From NCBI GenBank assembly GCA_013239625.1, contig MU054391.1:6035824-6099823 (forward strand): 64,000 nucleotides of DNA, given 5' to 3'. The notes under the pieces were generated by a model that made no database searches, was not told where the DNA came from, and saw only the letters and a program-made list of their open reading frames with translations. This stretch comes from Lama guanicoe (Eukaryota). This document shows, piece by piece, positions 26,661-40,733 of this stretch; position 1 is the stretch's first letter, and each line of letters begins with the position of its first letter. Position numbers and translations under genes: made by a program.

Positions 26661-28944
26661 GCCTCACCTGTTCAACTCTGTGCACGTTTTGCAGGTGGGC
26701 CAGGGGAGGGTTCCATGCTCCTAGGGAGCTGCCTGCCCTATTTTCTTGCTGAGCTCCAGGGACTGAGGGCAGTGCACGTTGGCAGTGGGAAAAAAGGCTT
26801 GTCGGAAAGCACCTTGCTCTGAGTGAGAGCTGTTACCATCTGGCCATGCCAAGTAATGGAGGCGCCTCCGTGACAACACCAAGACAGGGTCCCGTCCCCG
26901 CCCCCACCTCCCCACTGACAGCAGCCTCGGGCCCTAGAAGGACTAGCAGCAGACGCTGGTGGAGGAGCCCCTGCAGTTCCCAGACGCAGGAAGCTGCTCT
27001 ACACGTGGTCCTTCTTCTCCCTTCCTTCGTTTTCTCCCCCATTTCTTTCCCCTCGCAGCTGCAGATGCTCACAGAGGACCTGGTAGGGTCTGAGCGCTCT
27101 GCCCGACAGTACACACAAGTACATGAGATGAAAGACTGTGACCACTGCCACGAGGCAAGGGACAGGATGGGGTGAGAGAGCAGATTGGGGGGGTATCAGG
27201 TAGGGTGGGTCGGGGAAGCCCCCCTGAGAAGGTGGCATCTGGAATGAGGAAAGAAAGCGTGAACAGGGCTTCAGGACGTGCCCCTCATGGGTCCCGCGAG
27301 TCCAGGGAGAAGGCGGTCCAGACACCCCTAACGGCCCTCAGGAGGACACCCCTGGCCTGAAGAGAGGCTTCCTCCTCCCTCCCAGGTGCCAGAACCCATT
27401 GGAAAGACTCGCTTTCTGGGCCCTTTCTTGACTCAGCAGGGCCTTAGCAAAGCCCCTGAGGCCTGATGGGCCCTTGGCCGGGCCCAGCCCAGTGTCCTCT
27501 CCCCGGGCAGGCGGTGCGGGTGCTGTCCCTGCAGGGTGGGATGTGGGCTCAGAGTGGCCTCTTGACACCCCCGCACCCCCTGTCTTGGCCACATTGACTC
27601 TGTGGCCTCCAGGATGGTTTCCTGTCCCTTAATTGGCAGGGCTGCTGCCAACTGCGGTGGGGTGAGTCACAGCTGGGCCGAGGGGGGCTGGGCAGCCACC
27701 AGCCACACACTAGTAGCCCTCATGCTAGCTGGGCTGAGGCACTGAGCAGACCCAGAGAGGAGCTGTGGGGAGCTGCCCGACTTTTCTCGAAAACTTTTCC
27801 AGCAGGGAGCTGTTTGCTGGGCTCCTTGTGTGTGTGTGTGTAGTGCTTGTGGTATGTGTGTGGTGTGTACGTACATGGTATGTGTCTGTGTGCACCTGCT
27901 GCTGGACACTTTGTCTGGCCTGAGACTAAAGCCTGAGGGACCCAGTGGGGGAGGCAGGTGCGTGGGGCTCCTGCAGCCCATGGTTCTCAAGGCAGCCGGA
28001 GCAGGTTCTCAGGACCTGGTGAAGATGCAGAGATGGACCTTTCTTGCTCCTCGTCCCTGTCCCTGCTCCCAACACCCCATCCTAGGGGGTCTGTTGTCCT
28101 AGCCCCTACAGGGTTTGCCCCAGCATCCCATGATGTGATTAGGACCATGAAGCAGCTCCCAAGGGTGGGGGCCAGGCTGCCATGGTGACCAGCAGCCACG
28201 AGGACCAGCACTCAAGTTCTGCACACCAGCTTGCTTGATGGAGCCTTCTTCTTGGAAACGTGCTTTGTGGCAGCTAAGCATCCAGTCAGCGCTCCCCAAA
28301 CACAACTCCCCAAGGGGTAAATGGACACTGCGTTCCCAGGCGAGGATTCCCTGGGGACCCCCAGCCTACCGGATGAGCCATTACCAGGAAACAGAAGTCC
28401 GGAAGGTGATCTGATCTGCCATCCCTCCCAGGGGCAGGCTGCACACACCAGTGCCCGCTCTCCTCCGTGCACGTGCCCCTAACTGCCAAGGCAACCAGTA
28501 CCCAGGCTCTGAAGTTTTGCTCCCCTCAAGCTGTCATTCCAAAGGCCTCAAGCAGAAACATGTTCTTCCTAGAGTTTTGCTTTTATGATCATGCGTAGCC
28601 CTTGATGAGGGGATGGGCTGAGACAGGCTGTGGGTTGGAAAGAGACTGATCTGGTGCCTGGAGGACATAAAGGTGCTAAAGTCTGCAATGGACCTGCCAT
28701 CACAGGCCCAGACCCTCACAGCTGAGAGCAGACCTGGCTGTCTCCATCTGCAGGTTGAGCTGGAACTCCCCGAGCCCTGAGCTCTGCTGTCACCACCCCT
28801 ACGTGCCCCCATCCCTCCTCATGACCCCCACCCCGGGGTCCTCACCAGCACCTCTGCCACCACCCATGTGTTATGTCCTTATCTGCTGGGCACTGCTTAG
28901 CACCCTCCCATCAGCAAGCCCATCTTATCCAGTGTGGCCCCAAG

Positions 28945-29075
<131 letters not shown>

Positions 29076-30410
29076 AAGAAGAACACAGTAACAGTGTCAA
29101 GATAGGTCCAGCAACACGCAACACAGCTGGAGCGTTACCGGATGAACATCGCGCGGGGACGTCATGGGGTGACTGCAGAGAGGGAAAAAGGGCCACCCAA
29201 GGCCTAGAGGGCGGGGTAGGGGCACGGAACAGAAGGCAGAATCTGCTGCAGATCCTTTCAGTGGCCGCCCTGTTCTCATCCACTCTGCTCTTCCCACTGC
29301 TCGTGTTTGAACCCCAGGGTCCTGTATGGCATTTCTGTGCTGAGCCAGGGCCCCCAGGCCCCCCAGGCCTTCAGCCAACGTAGCTTGTTAGATGCTTGTG
29401 TTGGGCACACATGTGTGTAATGGACTTGCTGAACATCACAGCCTGCTGGGGATATCCAGAATATTCTCCCCAGAGTTCAAAAAGATGGATCCTACCCACC
29501 TCTGTGTCTAGGAAGATGGTGACGCTCTTGCTACCAGGGGTGACCTCTCTGTGGGCCAGGAAGGATGGATGTGCGGCCGGGGAAGCTTTCTCTGACCTTC
29601 TGGAAACAAGTGAGACTCCATCCAAAGAGATTTCTGCCCACTCAGTTTCAGGATGCCGAGTGAGTGAGTGCACAGTTTGGAGGAAGGGGAAGCAGTTTTA
29701 GTCTCTGCTGAAAGCTGAGTTGGCCGGGCTGTACTTAGATCTTTCTTGGAATCAAAACCAGAACTTACGTTCCTGGTGCATGAGGCTGTAGGGCTGGGAA
29801 CCGGTCACACTCACACTTGTGTGATGTGAGTTCCCGCTGCCTCCCTTGGCACTTTGAACTCCCCATGGGCTCCCTTCCTGCGAACAGGGCTGCCGTTTTA
29901 TCTGGGATCCACTCCCACCTCACCCTCTGTCAAAATGCTTTCAAGAAATCTGAGGACAAAATGTAACTGTCATGTGCCTTCTTATGAGAAAGGACACCAG
30001 AGGTCTGAGCAAGCTCTGGGAGGAGCGGCTCCACAGGAAGAGAGGAAGAGCCTGGATCAGGAAACTCACACTTCCTTCAAGTCCTCACCCTCCTCCTGGG
30101 GCCGCCACCACCATGCTGGCCTCGGGGAGCTGCCTTGACTTCTCTGAGTGGGAGGTAGGTAAGTGGCCTTGGCTTTCTTATGAGCAATACCTACCTCCCC
30201 ATCCCTCTAATTGTCTTCCAGATGCAGGAGGATCAGGTCAAGACAGTTAATACAAAGTTGCAAACTTCAGCTCAACGAGAAACAGGGTGATTGTTATGTA
30301 TCTGTCTAATAGAGTCTGTTAAATCAGATAGTATTAAATTTAAATGGCATTTATGTATTCATGCAATAAGTATTTGTTGAGTGTCTACTATATGTGTGTC
30401 CTGGGCTGGC

Positions 30411-30522
30411 CAAAGTGAACAACCATCCTGGTTTGCCCTGGACTGAGGGATTCTGTGGGACTGAAGATTTCTAATGCTAAACCCAGGACAGTCCCAGGAA
30501 AACTGGGACCATCAGTCACTCT
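30411..30522. mobile_element. MER94-like hAT-Blackjack MITE
   Basis: aaagtgaacaaccatcctggtttgcc ... ggaaaactgggaccatcagtcactct terminal inverted structure. Confidence 0.6.
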
Positions 30523-32343
30523 GGACAAGGCAGGGGTCTCCATCCTAGTGGAGTTTCAATAGGCGGCGAAAGATGAGCAGGAGGAAAGTAACACTGGCCA
30601 CCAGCACCAGTTCCCCCGTCAGCATCCCAGACCCTCTCCTTTAAATGTGATGGATCAAAGTTATCCCTGGTCAACCTTTGGACTTTGCCGGCCTTGTGGC
30701 CAAGTAGCAAGGTTCCTAATACCACCACACACTATCTTAACACAGAAAGAAACAGGATGGCAGTTGCTACGTTGGTCAGTAATTCCTGTTCCTTAAGTGA
30801 CCACAGTAAACAAACCTGCATCAGACTTGAACCAGGTGTACGCTGCAAGGTCACACACACCTGTGAGACGAAGCAAGCCCACAGGTGAATCTGCCCTCAA
30901 CCAGAGCGCTGGCAGAAACTGCCTAGAGCAATCAGAGTGCACGCCAAATGACATACTGTGCTGAGTGAGGTGATGGAGTTTGCTCGGACCCTAGAACCTT
31001 CTGGGCTGACGAGCACAGAAACATCTTTGATCTGGGTCTGCATCTTGGGGGGCCCAGAATGGACCCAATCACTGCCTCTCTCTGCAATGTGGCCTTATGG
31101 ACGGGCCCCAAGTGTCCTGCCAAGGCCTCTGCCTCCATTTCCTTTGCAGCCTATAAACTCAGCTTTGCTTCCTTGGTTCTGATTTTGAGCCCTGGGGGAG
31201 AGGCGGCTGGTGGGGAGCCCAGAAGGCAAGAAGGTGGACTAAGGATGGCCCCGCCTGGGCGCAGGCACCTGCACCCAGGAGGGGCCCTAGAGGCCTGTGC
31301 TGGGACTGCTGTGTCCAGATGTGTGGGGAGGGGCTGGCCAGGTGCCCGACAGGACTGCCTTCCCGGACCCTCACAGCAGCACCCGTGAAGGCGTCCTTGT
31401 CAGCACGATTTCCATCCAAAGGGCCTTCTCGCCCTAGCCTGTCGCTAAGTCCTGGAGCTTGGGCACGGCTGGAGAGATCCCAACAGGCACCTGGGGTCAA
31501 TAGAGAAGCCAGGACCTCTGAAAATTCCCCACCCCGCCCCCTCAAAGTGCAGTGGACACCCCCTGACTCAGTTTACCCAGCCCAGTCATGTCACCTCTGA
31601 CAACGTATAGGAAAAATGAAAGTCAGCTTTTCGAGCCGCAGGGCACAGCCAGCCTCTAGAAGGATGAATAATGCTCGTTTTCAGGGCGCACCTTGACTGT
31701 CTGGCACCCAGGGGTGGGATGAACTGTATTGGGAGTGGTGTTATTAAAACTGTTATTGCTTTATTAAATTTCTCTAGGAACACAAAGAGCTTCCATCAGT
31801 GCAGAGACCTGCAATTACAGCTGAACAAATTATCGCCTTTTAAACAGTCCTCCGTTTCTGCAAAGCCCCGTGCAATGCTCTCCCTGTCGGTAAATCACAC
31901 CCCGCCTGGCTTCCCCGGTTCCCCCGTTCCTTCCTTCTTTGGCCATTTTTCACCACCCCCAACTCGCTCCTGGACATTTTTGTTGATTTTGTGGTCAAGC
32001 CTCTGTGAACTGAGAATGCAGGCTTTTGGGTTTATCGATCAAAACCTGTAGCATAGCAGAAAGCAAACTGGACTGGAATGAGAATCAGGAGACCAACTGA
32101 GGCCTGGATTTTTCTAGAAAAATATGCTTCCACCATCAATCATAGGATCCTGTGACTTTGCTGGTTAAATCAGACAACACCGGATCATTTTTTCTGATTG
32201 AACACTTACTGCAGAAAGTTTATAAACAGTGATTAAACGCAAGCTCTGTTGCTGCACTGTGCTACGCTTTGGAGACATACTGGTGAATTAAGTCATTGCC
32301 CCTGAGAGGCTAGGATAGAGGGAGACGTCTTAAGAAATGTAGA

Positions 32344-32430
32344 GGGGAGGGGATAGCTCAAGTGGTAGAGTGTGTGCTTAGATGCACAAGATCCTGGGTT
32401 CAATCCCCATACCTCCTCTAAAAATAAAAT
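32344..32430 (+). mobile_element. tRNA-Ala-derived SINE (Vic-1-like), short
   Basis: ggggaggggatagctcaagtggtagag...gggttcaatcccc..cctcctctaaaaataaaa; Pol III A and B boxes. Confidence 0.9.
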
Positions 32431-34627
32431 TGCACCCCACTTCTCCCCACTGCCCCCAATAGAGCCAGGAGCCTTTCAGTTGCCTGTGGAAACCTAGACC
32501 ACAGAGGGCTGGTCTCGGGCTCGCCTGAGTGGGGCGTCCAGAGGCTGGGTGCAGGCCTTAGGTATCTGCCCTGGGCACCCTCTGTCTCCTCCTGTTCTGA
32601 TTCCGCTGGTCTCTGCTGCCCTTGTGTGTCTGCTTCAGAGCACGCTCTGCACTTAGAGGAAAAGACAGCTGCTCCCAGCCCTAAGCCAAATCCCAGAGGA
32701 GAAAGAACCCTCTATTCCAGTAGTGTGGCTGGAATCTCGGAAAAGCAGTGCTGCCTCAGTTAGCTGTTGCTCTGAAGCGAGCGTGGTGTCAGCTGACCCG
32801 TCTGGGCTCAGCCTGTCCAGGGTCGTCTCCTCCATCTTCCCATTCAGGGCCTCCCTGCTGTGAGCAGTGACCTGGGGATCCAGGCTTCCTTCATCTTGCA
32901 GAACCACCCTTTTTGATGTGTGATTACCCAAGGTCACCTGGGGGCCACCTCCCCTAGGACCACTAGGAAAAGAAGCCCTGGAGGAGGTGGAGGGGGAGGG
33001 CTTTATGGGCCAGGCCCGATGAGCCACAAATCACTTCTGCCCAGATTCCTCAGGCCCCATGCCTTCTCAGGTCCACACCAACTATAGGGGAGGCTGGGAA
33101 ATGCAGTCCAAACCCTGCGTCCAGGGGGAAGAGGTGACGGACTTGGGGGTCAGCTCACAGCCTGTGCCACGCCAGGCTTTAGGTTTGGGAGAACCAGGGC
33201 AGGGAAGACCAAAGCAGGAGGAAGTGTGCAGAGGAGTGAGACTAGGTGGCCTGAGGGACATCCAAGTGTGTATCCAGATGGATGCACTGGTGGGAATTTA
33301 GGCCATGGAAGTGCAAAAAGCGGAGGTGAAAAACCTGGGGAGGAGGACCTCTAAGGAGCCTCTGAACAGAGGAAGGAGCTCATCCAGGAGCCCGAGTGCT
33401 CACGTCCAGGGAACGAGGCCGTTGTTCCGGGGGCAATGGGGAGCCGCCAGCAGAGCTTTGAGCAGAGGAGGGACCTACGCAGAAGCCTTCCACGGGAAGA
33501 CCATCCCCTGGTGGGGCTGGGGATTGGAAGGGAGAGGGGCTAGAGGCCTGGGGCCAGGTTACAGGAAAGGTCCTTGAGCCCACGGGGAGGGGTGGTTCTC
33601 CTTAATCCCGCATGGAAGCTTATTCCTTTTCTTGAAGCAATTTTTGTTTCCTGATTAAAGCCAAATCCACTGAAAGGATTCTTGTTAAGAGAGCGCTTCA
33701 GACATTAGAACCGGGGGAAGGGAGGGTTGGTCTGGACTCAGGTTAATGGGGGTTTTCCTGTTTTAGTTTCCTCACCTTTTCTGTAAAATCTGTGACTGCT
33801 GATATTTCAGCTTTCGGTGACAGCAGAGAAGAAGGGATGAAAAAGTCAGGAAATTAATCTTCTTTTCCTCTAATTGAGGCCTAACCTATTTTCCCTTTCA
33901 TGTTCAAGCCTTCATTTGTCATATACCTGCTTCTTCTATTTTCGGATTCTCTCATTTGTCCTTTACAAACCTTTCCAGGTCCCCCCTTCCTGCCTTTGTG
34001 CCTCATGTTCTCTTTTGTCAGGCCTTGTTTGGGCCTTTCCAAGGAAGGGGGTGGGTGGTGAGGGGTGTAGGGAAAGTTGGCTTTTAGAAAGTCAGGCTCA
34101 AAGCCCGCCAAGCGCTGGCTGCGGGCAGGACCCTCCACGGATGTCTCAGAGTTCAGGTGAGCCCATGGGCCTGCAGCTATGCTCAGATGAGTCTGTGGGG
34201 TCAGGGGGCCCACAGGCCATTAAAGCTAGGCTGGCCGAAGTTTTGAAGGAGTCTGGGCAGGGCAGGGTATGCGAGGAGACTAGAGCATCTAAAAGTTACA
34301 GGATTTCTACAATCAGCTGAAAGGACTTACATGCTTCGATCTGCCCTGTTCTGAGATCTATGAGGACCTGGTTCCAAGGGCTGATGGCTGTCAGATGCTT
34401 CCATGGTGCAGGGCAGTGAGGGGGTGGGGTGTCAGCCTCCAAATGACGTGGCCCCTGCCCTTCTCAGTCCCGCCAGCACTCGCACCCCCCACTTTTGTTG
34501 GGGAGCCCTTGGCATCGTCCTTAACTGATCCTTGCTTCACTGTATCTTCTGCCAGTCACATGGGCCCCTTCGCTCCTGAGCTTAGCCAAGTGTGGGGACA
34601 CCGGGGCTCTGCTTATTCATGTCTTAT

Positions 34628-35305
34628 TGAGACAGGAGGGAAGCGGGCAGGGCACAGCCATTCAAGGAATGACACGGCAATTAACACCAAAATGGTGGAA
34701 GATTCCATTGCCAGTAGGCCTTGAGTATCAAGATGGCAGGAGAGTTGACTTCCAGTAGGCCTTGAGCTTCACTATACTCTCGCTGATATACATTAGCACT
34801 GTGAATAACATGCCCACAGGCGCCATGACAGCTCCAAGGCTAACCATCAAAGGTCAAAGAGCGGGTGTTGGCCCAATTCCTGGGAATCCCAGCCTCTTCC
34901 CCAGGGTAGTTGGAATGGTCCTCCCACTTGTTGGCATGTGAAGCTACTGACCAAGCCCATAAAAACTGGCAACATTGAGCCTCGCCGCCTCTCTCGCTCC
35001 CTCGTCTTTGGAAACAGCCTGCGCTCTGTCTATGGAGTGTGTACCTACTTCTCCTTTAACCTGAGCACCCAACCCCCATTCCTCATGGCCTTTCTCTCAC
35101 CTTCTGAAACAACCTGCACTCTATGCAGTATGTATCTCTCTAGATAAATCTGTCTTTACTCAACTGTAGTTTGCTCCTGAATGCTTTCCTGCGCAAAGCC
35201 AAGGACCCGCCCTCGGTGGAGCATGCCCCAGGCCTCGTTCCCGGAACTCAGCTGAGATCTGGGGCACGGTCTCCCTCATTTCCCACGTTAGCTTTTCCGG
35301 TATCA
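34628..35305 (+). mobile_element. ERV1-type solo LTR, family A copy 2 (complete U3-R-U5)
   Basis: TGAGACAGG...GGTATCA; flanks TTAT / TCAT (4-bp TSD, one mismatch); shares caggcgccatgacag...aaaggtcaaa...ggcccaattcctgg with 47926 copy. Confidence 0.85.
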
Positions 35306-35334
35306 TCATCACACTTGAGGACAATTTCTTTCTC

Positions 35335-36936
35335 AGAGAGTGTGTTCCTTTAGCTACAGCGACAAACTGCCACCAACTTGGCGGCTTGAAACAACGCACA
35401 TTCAAGATAATGAGAAACCAGGCTACAGACTGGGAGGAGGGATTTGCCAAAGACACAGCTGCTAAAGTGCTATCATCCAAAATATACAAATGATCTTTTC
35501 AAACTCAACAGTGAGAAAATAAACAACCCAATTAAAAAATGGGCCCAGAACCTTGACAGACACCTTAGCAAAGAAGATTGTATACAGATGGTAAGTAAGT
35601 GTATGAAAATATGAAAAGATGTTCCACAAGGTATGTCATTAGGGAATTGCAGTTTAAAACCTCCATGAGGTCCCACTCTACAACTGTTAGAATGGCTAAA
35701 ATCAAAAACACGGACAACACTGAATTCCTAGGGGATGTGGAGCAACAGGAACTCAAATATTGCTGGCGGGGATAGGAAATAGTGCACTACTTTGGAAGAC
35801 AGTTGGGTGGTTTCTTACAAAACTAAACAAACAATCCAGCAGTTGTACTCCTTGGCATTTACCAAAGGAGCTGAGAACTTGTGTCCACACAAAACCTGCA
35901 CATGGATGTTTATAACAGTTTTATTCATGATTGCCAAGACTTGGGGGCAATCAAGATGTCCTTCTGTAGGTGAATGGATAAATAAACAGTGATAACATCC
36001 AGACAATGGAATGTTACTTAGCGCTAAAAAGAAATGCGCTATGAAGCCAAGAAAAAACATAGAGGAAACTTAAATGCTTATTAGTAAGTGAAGGAAGCCA
36101 ATTGGAAAACGCTACTTGGTGTATGATTCCACCTACATGACATTCTGGAAAAGGCAAAACTGAGGAGACAGTAAAAAAGATCAGTGGTTGCCAGGAGTTT
36201 GGGGAAGGGAAGGATAAACAGGCAGAGCACAGAGGATTTTCAGGGCAGTGAAAGTACTCTGCATAATATTATAAAGGTGGAGACACATCATGCATTTGTG
36301 CAAACCTGTGCAATGTACACCATCAAGAGTGAACCTTAACATAAATTATAAACTTTGGGTGATAATGGTAGTGATGTGTCAGTACAGGTACAAACGTCCC
36401 ACTCTGGGGGTGGGGTGTTGGTGATGGGGAGGCTGTGCATACGTGAGGACAGGGGGTATATGGAAAATCTCCGTATTCTCTGCTCAATTTTGCTTTGAAC
36501 TTAAAGCTGCTCCAAAAAATGAAGTCTATCAAAAAACAAAACCCCCGCACATTTATTCTCTTAGAGTTCTGAGGCCAGAGGTCTCAAATCAGTTTCAGGA
36601 GGCTAAAATCCAGTGCCTGTGGGGCTCAAGGGGAGAACCCACTTCCTTGGCTCAGTGGTCCTTCCTCCGTCTTCAGGCCAGCCGCCAAGCATCTTCAAAC
36701 CTCTCTCTGCTCTGTCCTCACATTGTTTCTCCTCTCTGGTAAAAGCTCTCTCTTCCTCCCTTGCAGAAGGACACCTGTGGTTGTGTTTAGGGTCCACTCA
36801 GTAGTCCAGGATAATCTCCCAGTCTCAGGATCCTTAATTTAATCACACATGTGAAGACCCCTTCTTCACAGAAGGTAACATCCCTAGGTTCCGGGATTAG
36901 GATTTGGGTGCCTTTGGGGGCTATTAGCTGACCACA
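35335..36936 (-). mobile_element. MLT1C/D-like LTR split by an L1 insertion (pieces 35335-35402 and ~36548-36936)
   Basis: caaactgccaccaacttggcggcttgaaacaacgcacatt | tattctcttagagttctgaggccag...ccttaatttaatcaca reads continuously when the L1 is removed. Confidence 0.75.
35403..36540 (+). mobile_element. 5'-truncated L1 (L1MB/MC-like ORF2 end plus 3' UTR)
   Basis: aaactcaacagtgagaaaataaacaacccaattaaaaaatgggc...cacacaaaacctgcacatggatgtttata...ttctggaaaaggcaaaact; A-rich end; cgcacatt duplicated on both sides. Confidence 0.88.
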
Positions 36937-39804
36937 GGTAGACAGAGGTCCTGGGACAGCAGGCTGGGCAGTCCAGAGTCCGTCCCTGTGGCAAGAGCAC
37001 TGGCCCCCCTTTCCTCCAGGAAGACACACCCTGGAGGCAGCTTCTGGCTGACTGCCTCTGGGACCGTGCTCTGTCCTTCCCAGTTCTGGCAGATCTGAGT
37101 CTGCAGCCCAGAGGTCTAGGCTGGGAGAGACCTTGGAATGATTCCCCAGGGGACACTGTGAGGCTCATGGGGGGTGGGACTTGCTTAAAAGCATTCAGCC
37201 AGAGGGCAAACTTGACCCCAGGACTCCTGCACGCAGCCTGAGGTGCCCCACTCATGCCTGCAACTCCAAGTCCAAAGACAGGCAGGGTTTCTCCCTGAAA
37301 GGCTCTGACACAGGCTCTCTCCTTCCCACCTCCTCTGAGTTTCCATGGGAGGCTGCCGTAGAGGCCCCTGGTCTCCCGGATGGAGACTTAACATCATTCC
37401 TTAACACCAGCTGTGGTCTGTCCTGGTAGCCAGGTCAGGATCTCAGTCTCTTCCCCAACAGTTCAAGGAAAGTGTCCAGAGTGGAATCAGTGGACTCTGG
37501 GCCAAGCTTCGTTTCCTTGGGCAGGTGGACATGTTTCCCTGGGCTCAAGAGGTCAAGCTTGGAGGTCCCCAGTGCCAGTCCCTGATGCCCCATGACTGGC
37601 CAGCTCTAAACCTGATCAAGCACTAGGCACTGATGGATTGTATAACTTAATAAAGTGGTCGCTCAGACTTTCCACTCGAGAGCCCCTGGTGGCAGAAGTT
37701 TGAGAATGAGTGTGCCTGGAGGGTGGGAGTGTCTTAGTGTATCTCAGGGGGTCTGCCCGCAAACTAGAAATGTCCTTGAAGATTCCTGGTTGTAATCTGA
37801 AACCCACACCTCCCCTACACACACACACACACACACTTTTTTTCCATTCACTTCCAAAAGATATCCATATTTTTTTTAACATAAAAATCATGCTTTCCCT
37901 CCCAGTCTGTGAGCAAAGGGCACGCCAGGAAGACACAACATCTAGCAGATGGCTTTGTGTACCGCCTGGCATCCCACAGCCCAGCCCCCAAAGGCAGTCA
38001 CACCCCAACCTGAAAAGCCTGGGTTTCTCAGATACGTGTGTTTGTAAAACAGATCTTCACTGACTTAACCCCAAAAGTGAGCCATTGATGTAGGCCTTTT
38101 AGAAACAGTTCCAGGATTAAAGTAGAAAATTGTCTTAGGTATTGGAGGGTCTTTTCTGGGCCCCTCACCCCACCTCCTCCTCCACCCCCCACCCCCTCAG
38201 CCCTGCCTGGAACGAGAGGGAAGACCCAGCCCTGCATGGTGGGCCCCCTTTCTTTGCTGGGTTCCGAGCAGTTTAGAATTACCGAGGGGGCTGCCCTGGT
38301 GTCCGGTTCCAGTCTTGTTCTCTCTCACCTTTCGTGAAGTCCTGTGAGTATTCTAGAATTTTCCAACTCACAGCTGGCATCTGTCTGCACAAGAAAACCT
38401 GGTAAGGGCTGCAGGCTCAGTAGAGCTCGGGTTCTCCCCTGGACCCCAGACACACACACTGGAGGTGCTGGTCTTGCCCAGGGCTCGTCCCCCTGGGCCT
38501 TCAGGGCCTTTCTCACGCAGTCACCTCCCCTAGAGGAAGAATCAAGCTCACCCGTCTGAAGACATCCTACCCAGACTGGCCAAGAATTCCTGAACATTCC
38601 AGCTGCCTTAGCTGCAAGTACCCAGTGGGCTCCATTTTAAGAAAACCCAATATAGAAAAACCCACATGAGTCAGCGCCGTCGCCACAAGTCTCAGCCCAG
38701 ATGAAAACTTTGCTTGGCAGCTAAGCCCCCTTGCAGATCCTTTCGTTACACATTTCCTGGTGCGTTTAAAATATTCAGTCCCACAAACCCCTATTAGGTA
38801 CCAAGCGTTGCGATGGGGACCATGCTGGGCCCCAAAACAACATGCATGAGAAAAATTCCCCAGTGACTCTGAGAAGGCAGGGGGCGGTGTCCAGGGCAGC
38901 CTGACCTGGGGGGATCGCCCAGTGGAGGACATCCCTGCCCTTGCCTGGAGCCATGGTCTTCTCAAGTTGACTTAACTCGGCAGGATTTCCAAACAGCACC
39001 TCTGTGCGGAGTGGAGCTCCCTGCCTGCTGGCACCACGCAGCTTATCTTCAGAGGCCCTGAGCAGCTGCCAAAACAGAGCTTCCCTGTGTGTCGGGCTGC
39101 ACCCTGGCTTTGCCGTTCAGCAGCTGTCCTGCATGAAACAGCCCGTCTCCTCCGGCTGCCCTCCATCCGCTCCCGGGAGTGGGTCTTTGGGAACTAAGGT
39201 TTCCTTAGCTGGCAGGGCACAACCTGGCGGCCTCCTTTCTCCTACACCTGAGAGTCAGCTTGGTGCCAGCCGAGCTTGGTGACTGGGCTATGAGGATGGA
39301 AAAGGCACTCCCCCTCCCTCCAGATGCCCACAGCCAGGTGGAGGGGGGCAGACTCAGAGACAATAGTGCAGTAGCCTGTCCCTGGACAGAACACACATGC
39401 TGGAGGGGGCAGAGAACTTCCTGTGAACTCAGGCTGGGGCTGCACGCTGACCTGGTCAGGGCTCCCCTCCACCTCTGCCCCAGGGCTGGCACCCAGCCTC
39501 GGCTCCATTTACTTTCCAGCTAATGTGTGCCAGCCCTTGTGCTGAGGGCAGCCTGCAGGATCTCCCGTCAATGACCGTTATAAACAGTGCCCCTGATTCT
39601 GAGGCCACCTACTAAACGGTGCAACTGCAACTGGAAAAGAGCATGAGGGGAGGGGATAAACCAAATGCAATGACTGGATTCATCAGGATTTCACAAACTT
39701 TATTGTGTGTGTGTGGCCGGGGCAGGGGTGCGGGCAGCTTAGAATCAAGGAGCTGTAGTGAGAGAAGATGAAACGTGAGGCAAACCATACCCCAGAGAGT
39801 GCAG

Positions 39805-40312
39805 TGCAACAGTTCTCAAAGTGCGATCCAAGGGCACCCCAGGGGTTCCCCCAGGACCCTTTCAAGGGATCTACAGATCAAAGCTATTTCCATGATAATA
39901 GTAAGACATTATTTGCTTTCATTATCCTGGTTCTCTGGTTCTCTCATGAAGGTACTGTGGAGTCTTCTAGATGTGTGCACTATTATAATAGATTAAATGC
40001 AGAAGCAAGTATGCAAACCCGCTACCAAACCAGACATTGAAGATATTTGCAAAAAAGTAAAAGAATGCCTGCCACTCTTCTCACAAAATTTGTTTCATTT
40101 TAGAAAATATAGGGTCTTTTTCATTTAAAATATTATTATGCCATGGACTTCTTATTTTTAAGTTGATTAAGAAAAATATTTTTGAAATTTCAAAGCTTTA
40201 ATTTCTAATACAATATATTGATAAATATAAACCCCATACACAAAGTATCTCCGGGGTCCTCAATAATTTTTGAGAGTGGAAGGGGTCCTGAGACCCAAAA
40301 GTCTGAGCATGC
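39805..40312. mobile_element. Charlie4a-like hAT DNA transposon relic
   Basis: ttctcaaagtgcgatcc...gaccctttcaaggg...aatgcagaagca...ccagacattgaagatatttgcaaaaa...ggggtcctgagacccaaaagtctgag; AT-rich ~500 bp. Confidence 0.7.
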
Positions 40313-40695
40313 TAGAGCCAGCCCTGGTCACGGCATAAAAGCTATTGCTATGTCACCTGGAGACATTGCAAATGACTCTGAACTTGAAGCAGGGGACAGG
40401 GTTTGGGGGCAGCCTCTACAGTACCAGGCCCACATGGCTCTGGGCAAATCCTTTCATTTCTCTGCACCCCCATCTCCTCTTCCACCTAGGGGAATGGCAA
40501 ATCAGATCCACTTCAGAGCCAGAGAGGATCCAAGAGGCCAAGTGTGGGGAAAGGGATATGGCTTTGAAGCTGTGAGCTCTGTGCAAATATTGGCTTTATC
40601 ACCTTTCCCTCTGCTCCCTGGGTATCAGGGCGTGTCCCCAACAAGAAGCCAAAACTACAGAAGCTGTGTAAATGGCAGGTAGGGAGTAGTTTCGT

Positions 40696-40697
<2 letters not shown>

Positions 40698-40731
<34 letters not shown>
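40698..40731. repeat. (AC)17 microsatellite
   Basis: Direct reading. Confidence 0.95.
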
Positions 40732-40733
<2 letters not shown>

